Shown here one piece after another: positions 58,387 through 64,000 of a stretch of 64,000 bases of DNA. The notes beneath the pieces are model-generated. The model worked only from the letters and a program-made list of their open reading frames with translations. It made no database searches and had not been told where the DNA came from. The stretch lies in the NCBI RefSeq assembly GCF_009914755.1, contig NC_060944.1. The stretch is one strand, 5' to 3'. A program made the position numbers and the translations under genes. Numbering within the stretch: position 1 is the stretch's first letter; each line of letters opens with the position of its first letter. The DNA comes from the human T2T-CHM13v2.0 reference genome, Homo sapiens.

Positions 58387-59307
58387 CATTTAGTTATTAC
58401 AAAGGGTTCCTTGTTTAAAAAGCTATATATACTGTTGCACTAAGAAATGCTTGTATTGTGAAGAGCAAATAGATTTGGGTAAATGGATGTTTTAGCACAG
58501 TAAATGGCATTATTATTTAAACACATAGGGAACTCTGAATTTCAGTAGAATAATGGTGGTTGCCTGCATCCAAATCTCTTACCATAACTTAAAAAAATTT
58601 ACCCAAATCAACAAATAGAGCAAATAAAACCATTGTTTACACAAGCCCTCAGGATTACTAAGAGACAAAATTCTACAGACTTCAAATTTCCTGTAAGTAG
58701 TGAGAGAAGTATCCAGGTCCAGCCAGGCAGGCTCCGGAGCCCGCCCCTGTCTAGAGCATTGGGCGGGGACCACAGAGGACAAGTGGAGAAGGGCAGGAGT
58801 GTGCATAGCCCGGGGTGATGCAGCCCAGATCACATTACCCCTGGAAGGACAGGCCCCATCCTGAGTGGGAATACCAGACAGTGTGAGACTGGAGGCTACA
58901 GCCGTAGGAAAGGCGAGGTTACTGGGAGAGAGGAGGGAAACTAGGAAGGGCACTGCCCCTTGGAGACTTGGTGATATCCAGAAAGAAGGCAAAAAGAATA
59001 AAATAAAGGGTCCTTCAGAGATCAAAGAAAACCGCAAAATCAGACATGCTTCCCCTCTTCCAGAGTAAGCACAATAAAGAAATTACACTTCACTCTATCA
59101 ACGGTAGAGGGCGCATCTGAATCAAGAAACCTGGCTAACCACCCACACGCTGTCCCCTGCCTACATCAACTCTCACTCACGATCCAGTAAAGAAAATAGA
59201 TGACAAAAGGAGCAGAAAGTGGCAGACAACGTGCAAGCAAAGCTGCAATCAGAAGAAACGAGTTTGTGAATCTAAGCATTTCAGCTAGTCAATGTTCTCA
59301 CCCCTCT

Positions 59308-59336
59308 ACATACACACACACACACACACACACACA
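59308..59336. repeat. (CA)n microsatellite
   Basis: CA run. Confidence 0.9.
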
Positions 59337-60101
59337 CCAGAGCAAAAGAAAACTAATGACATTCCACCACTAATTAAATGTCCTAACATAAGAACTTTCA
59401 TATGCTAAAAAACCCAACCTTTAATAAAAAAATCAGAACTAAAATGGGCAAAACCCAGGATGAAGTGAAATGAGAGTTGACTGAACTCCGGAGAGGAAAT
59501 GGGGAAATTCAGTTTGCAGATGCTTTTGTGCTGCCAGGCAGGACATCCTTTCAGTGGACAGTAGATGGACAAGAACTGTTGCCTTTTCCCATCCACAGGC
59601 CTATGTTTTCTAAACCCCAGCCCAAGGCAAGCATTTCTTATCCATAAGCGTACTGGCTATTTCAGTGGGGAACATTGTGCAAGGCCAATGTTGGCTATCA
59701 TTTTTACTTGCCAAGTTCTCTATTATATGAGACTAGGAAATACCCAAATACTTTCCCAGGGAAGATCAAGTTGAGTGGATTAAACTTTCCAAGGAGAGCT
59801 TCATTCTCCTTGGTAATATGTCAAACTTTCAGAGATAAACTTTTCAGAGATGTTTTCAAATTGTAATGAATGACTACCATAAATGATGCCGTATTTTATA
59901 CTTTAAAAAGTAATTTTCATACATTATATTCATCATTAAAGTTGTATATATGTCAAAGTAACACATGTGATAGTTTCTTCCCTGCCTCTGTGTGACCACA
60001 AGCAGCTTAGAAATGCTTCGCCTTGGTTTATACATGTGAAAAATGAGAATGGGAATGGCTTCCCCCTCTGTGAGATTTCCAGTGCATTGCTAACTTCAGT
60101 C

Positions 60102-60710
60102 TGTGGGACAGATTGTATTTTTCTAAACATAGCCACAATGTCATCACCCATCCCACACCTTCTCCTAGGCACCTCCTTATCAAGAGGTAAAGTTGAATGC
60201 CTGTCTCTTGAGTCTGAGTGGGTTTGTGTCTCACTTGTACCCAATAGAATGCAGCAGAAATAATACTGCATTACTTCTGAGGATAATTTGGAAAGAAAAA
60301 GATAGTGCAATTTCCACCTTGCTGTCTGGTACATTCTTGCTGGAGTGCTGAGCTGCCATGCAAGCAGTTAGACTGTTCTGAGGCTACCATGCTATGAGGA
60401 AACCCAAACTAGCCCCGGGCAAACAGATCACATGACAAAGCCCTGAAGCTACATGAAGAAAGAGAGAGATACCGTAGCAGTCTCCAGCTGTTCCAGCCAT
60501 ACCTTCCCGTTCCCCACCCCCACACACTCTGCCTTTTGTTCCAGTTCCAGTTACCATCTGGCTGCAACCACATTTGAGACTCTGAGCCAGAACAACCCAG
60601 CCAAGCCCTTCCTGAATTCCAGACACTCAGAAACCATGGCAATAATAAAATGATTATTGTTTTAAGCCACTGAGTCTTGCGGTGACTAGTTATATAGCAA
60701 TAGATAATGA
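60102..60710 (+). mobile_element. MLT1G/H-type MaLR solo LTR
   Basis: ccaatagaatgcagcagaa...ttgttttaagccactgag...atagcaatagataa. Confidence 0.8.
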
Positions 60711-61175
60711 GGATGCATGAAGCGTGAAGATGCATGAAGCCATCATTTCTAGGGAAAGTGTAGTGACTATGCCTAATACCTTTTGCGGTAGTGCTGTTTT
60801 GGATAATTTTTATAGCGGAAGTTGATAGGACAGAACATGTCTCTTTGGGGAAGAATTATATTCCTCTCTAGATTTAGCTTACATGCTAACCTTTCCAGTG
60901 GAAAAGAATTGAGTTATTTTCCAGTGATTTTCTGTTTTTGTACTTGCAAAGCTTTATGTATCTATTGCTTTTGGTGAAAGTAAATGATAGGATAGGTTAC
61001 TGGAGAGCTATTTATTTTGTTTCTGGATGGGATAAAGCTAAAAGGACATAGGGACTAAAAATGTGGCTGCTGGTCTCAAGGATTTCTAATGAAACCCAAC
61101 ATTGGGTAGCTCTCAAGTTAATTCTATGGTGAGCAAACATATTTAACATTCTAGGCCATAATAAAGACAAATGAC

Positions 61176-61505
<330 letters not shown>

Positions 61506-61549
61506 TCAAATGCGGGGCTAGAGGGAGAAGATTTTATTCCTGATGGCAA

Positions 61550-61780
61550 AAGTGTAGTGATTAATGTCATGGAGTCAGATGGTTTGAATCCTGGCTCCCT
61601 CACTTACTGGCTGTGTGACCACAGGCAAGTAAATTTATCTCTCATGCCTTTGTTGCCTCATCTGTTGTTATGAAGGTTATGGCAAGGATTGGATGAAATA
61701 ATAGACATAAATGGCTTAATACAATGTCAAGCATATACTGAGTGCTCAATAAGTGGTAGCTAGTGCTATCATTATGTTAT
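61550..61780 (+). mobile_element. MIR
   Basis: ggagtcaga...tttgaatcctggct...cacttactggctgtgtgacc...gagtgctcaataa. Confidence 0.8.
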
Positions 61781-62109
61781 GCTTTCTGGATTTTGTATTT
61801 TAAGCTCCAGGTCCAGAGACATAGATCTAGTAAGGGGAGGATAGACAGTTCAGGTATTAAACTGCTTGACTCAAGCATGTGCTTACTGGCAACCATGTTA
61901 CTACCCTATGCATTACACAAGACAATCTCAGATCTACTCCATCTATCCCAGGTGATGGTCTTTTCCAAATAGAGGAAGACTTCCTCTATCAGTAATGTAA
62001 AGTACTACACCCCTCCCTAACTTGTATTTCCAAATAAGTTATTGTGTTTTTATTGTAGAATTTAACATTTAGATTAAAAATACTTAGTGCGATCTCAGCA
62101 AACTACCAT

Positions 62110-63465
<1,356 letters not shown>

Positions 63466-64000
63466 GAATTTCCTCTCCCTTGTCTTTTGTTATGTGACAC
63501 TCTTAATTTTCTTCCTAGTCCTTTATGATTTCTCTATCTTGCCTAGTTTCTTTTATTTTGTACAAGATTCTTTCTGTGGTTTACTTACTTTCTCTTGCTG
63601 CAGTTGGTATCTTGGGCATTTTACCTATTTGTAGCTTTAGCTGCCTGCTCCCTGTAGGTGGCTCCTAATCTTATAACTGTTGTTCCAATCTGCCTCCTCC
63701 CATGGGGTCGTAGGACTCTCAGGGACATCCAACTATTGCCTGGTTCCCTGCCATGTGCTTCAGTCCCCTCTATGCATCCCCATGGGTTGTTGTTCAGTCT
63801 GTGCTTTAATATTTTTGATGAGGAGAAAATCACCCAGTCCCAAAGTGCTAGCCAGAGATTCCTCACCTCGAGTTGCAATTTGTCTTCCTCTAATTTCTCT
63901 CCTTTGGTTCTCCTCTTATCTGTCACTGAGCAAGTCTAATTCCACTCACATGACAGAGGCTTCCCTGCTTTTTCTTTTCTCCAAGTCAATCATCCAAGAC

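Overview
Primate (almost certainly human) genomic DNA. It is dense in Alu, L1, L2, MIR, MER and MaLR repeats, and I see no recognisable intact protein-coding exon, RNA gene or prokaryotic feature. The centrepiece is a 4.73-kb internally deleted HERV-H provirus on the minus strand (26083-30813). It has two 431-bp type-II/LTR7B-like LTRs differing at only 8 positions by eye, a tRNA-His PBS, gag zinc knuckles, a dead protease, no integrase, and a perfect CACAC target-site duplication inside an old L2. Its 5' LTR sits head-to-head about 0.6 kb from a ~2-kb CpG-island promoter (~31400-33380). The island carries five strong plus-strand splice donors, probably alternative first exons of a gene I cannot name; the following ~30 kb looks like first intron. 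Left of the provirus are a MER41 LTR with an intact STAT1/GAS site and orphan minus-strand exon-like segments that could belong to a HERV-H- or CpG-island-driven lncRNA. Repeat subfamily calls come from recall of consensus sequences, not from a search. Boundaries not anchored by a TSD are approximate.
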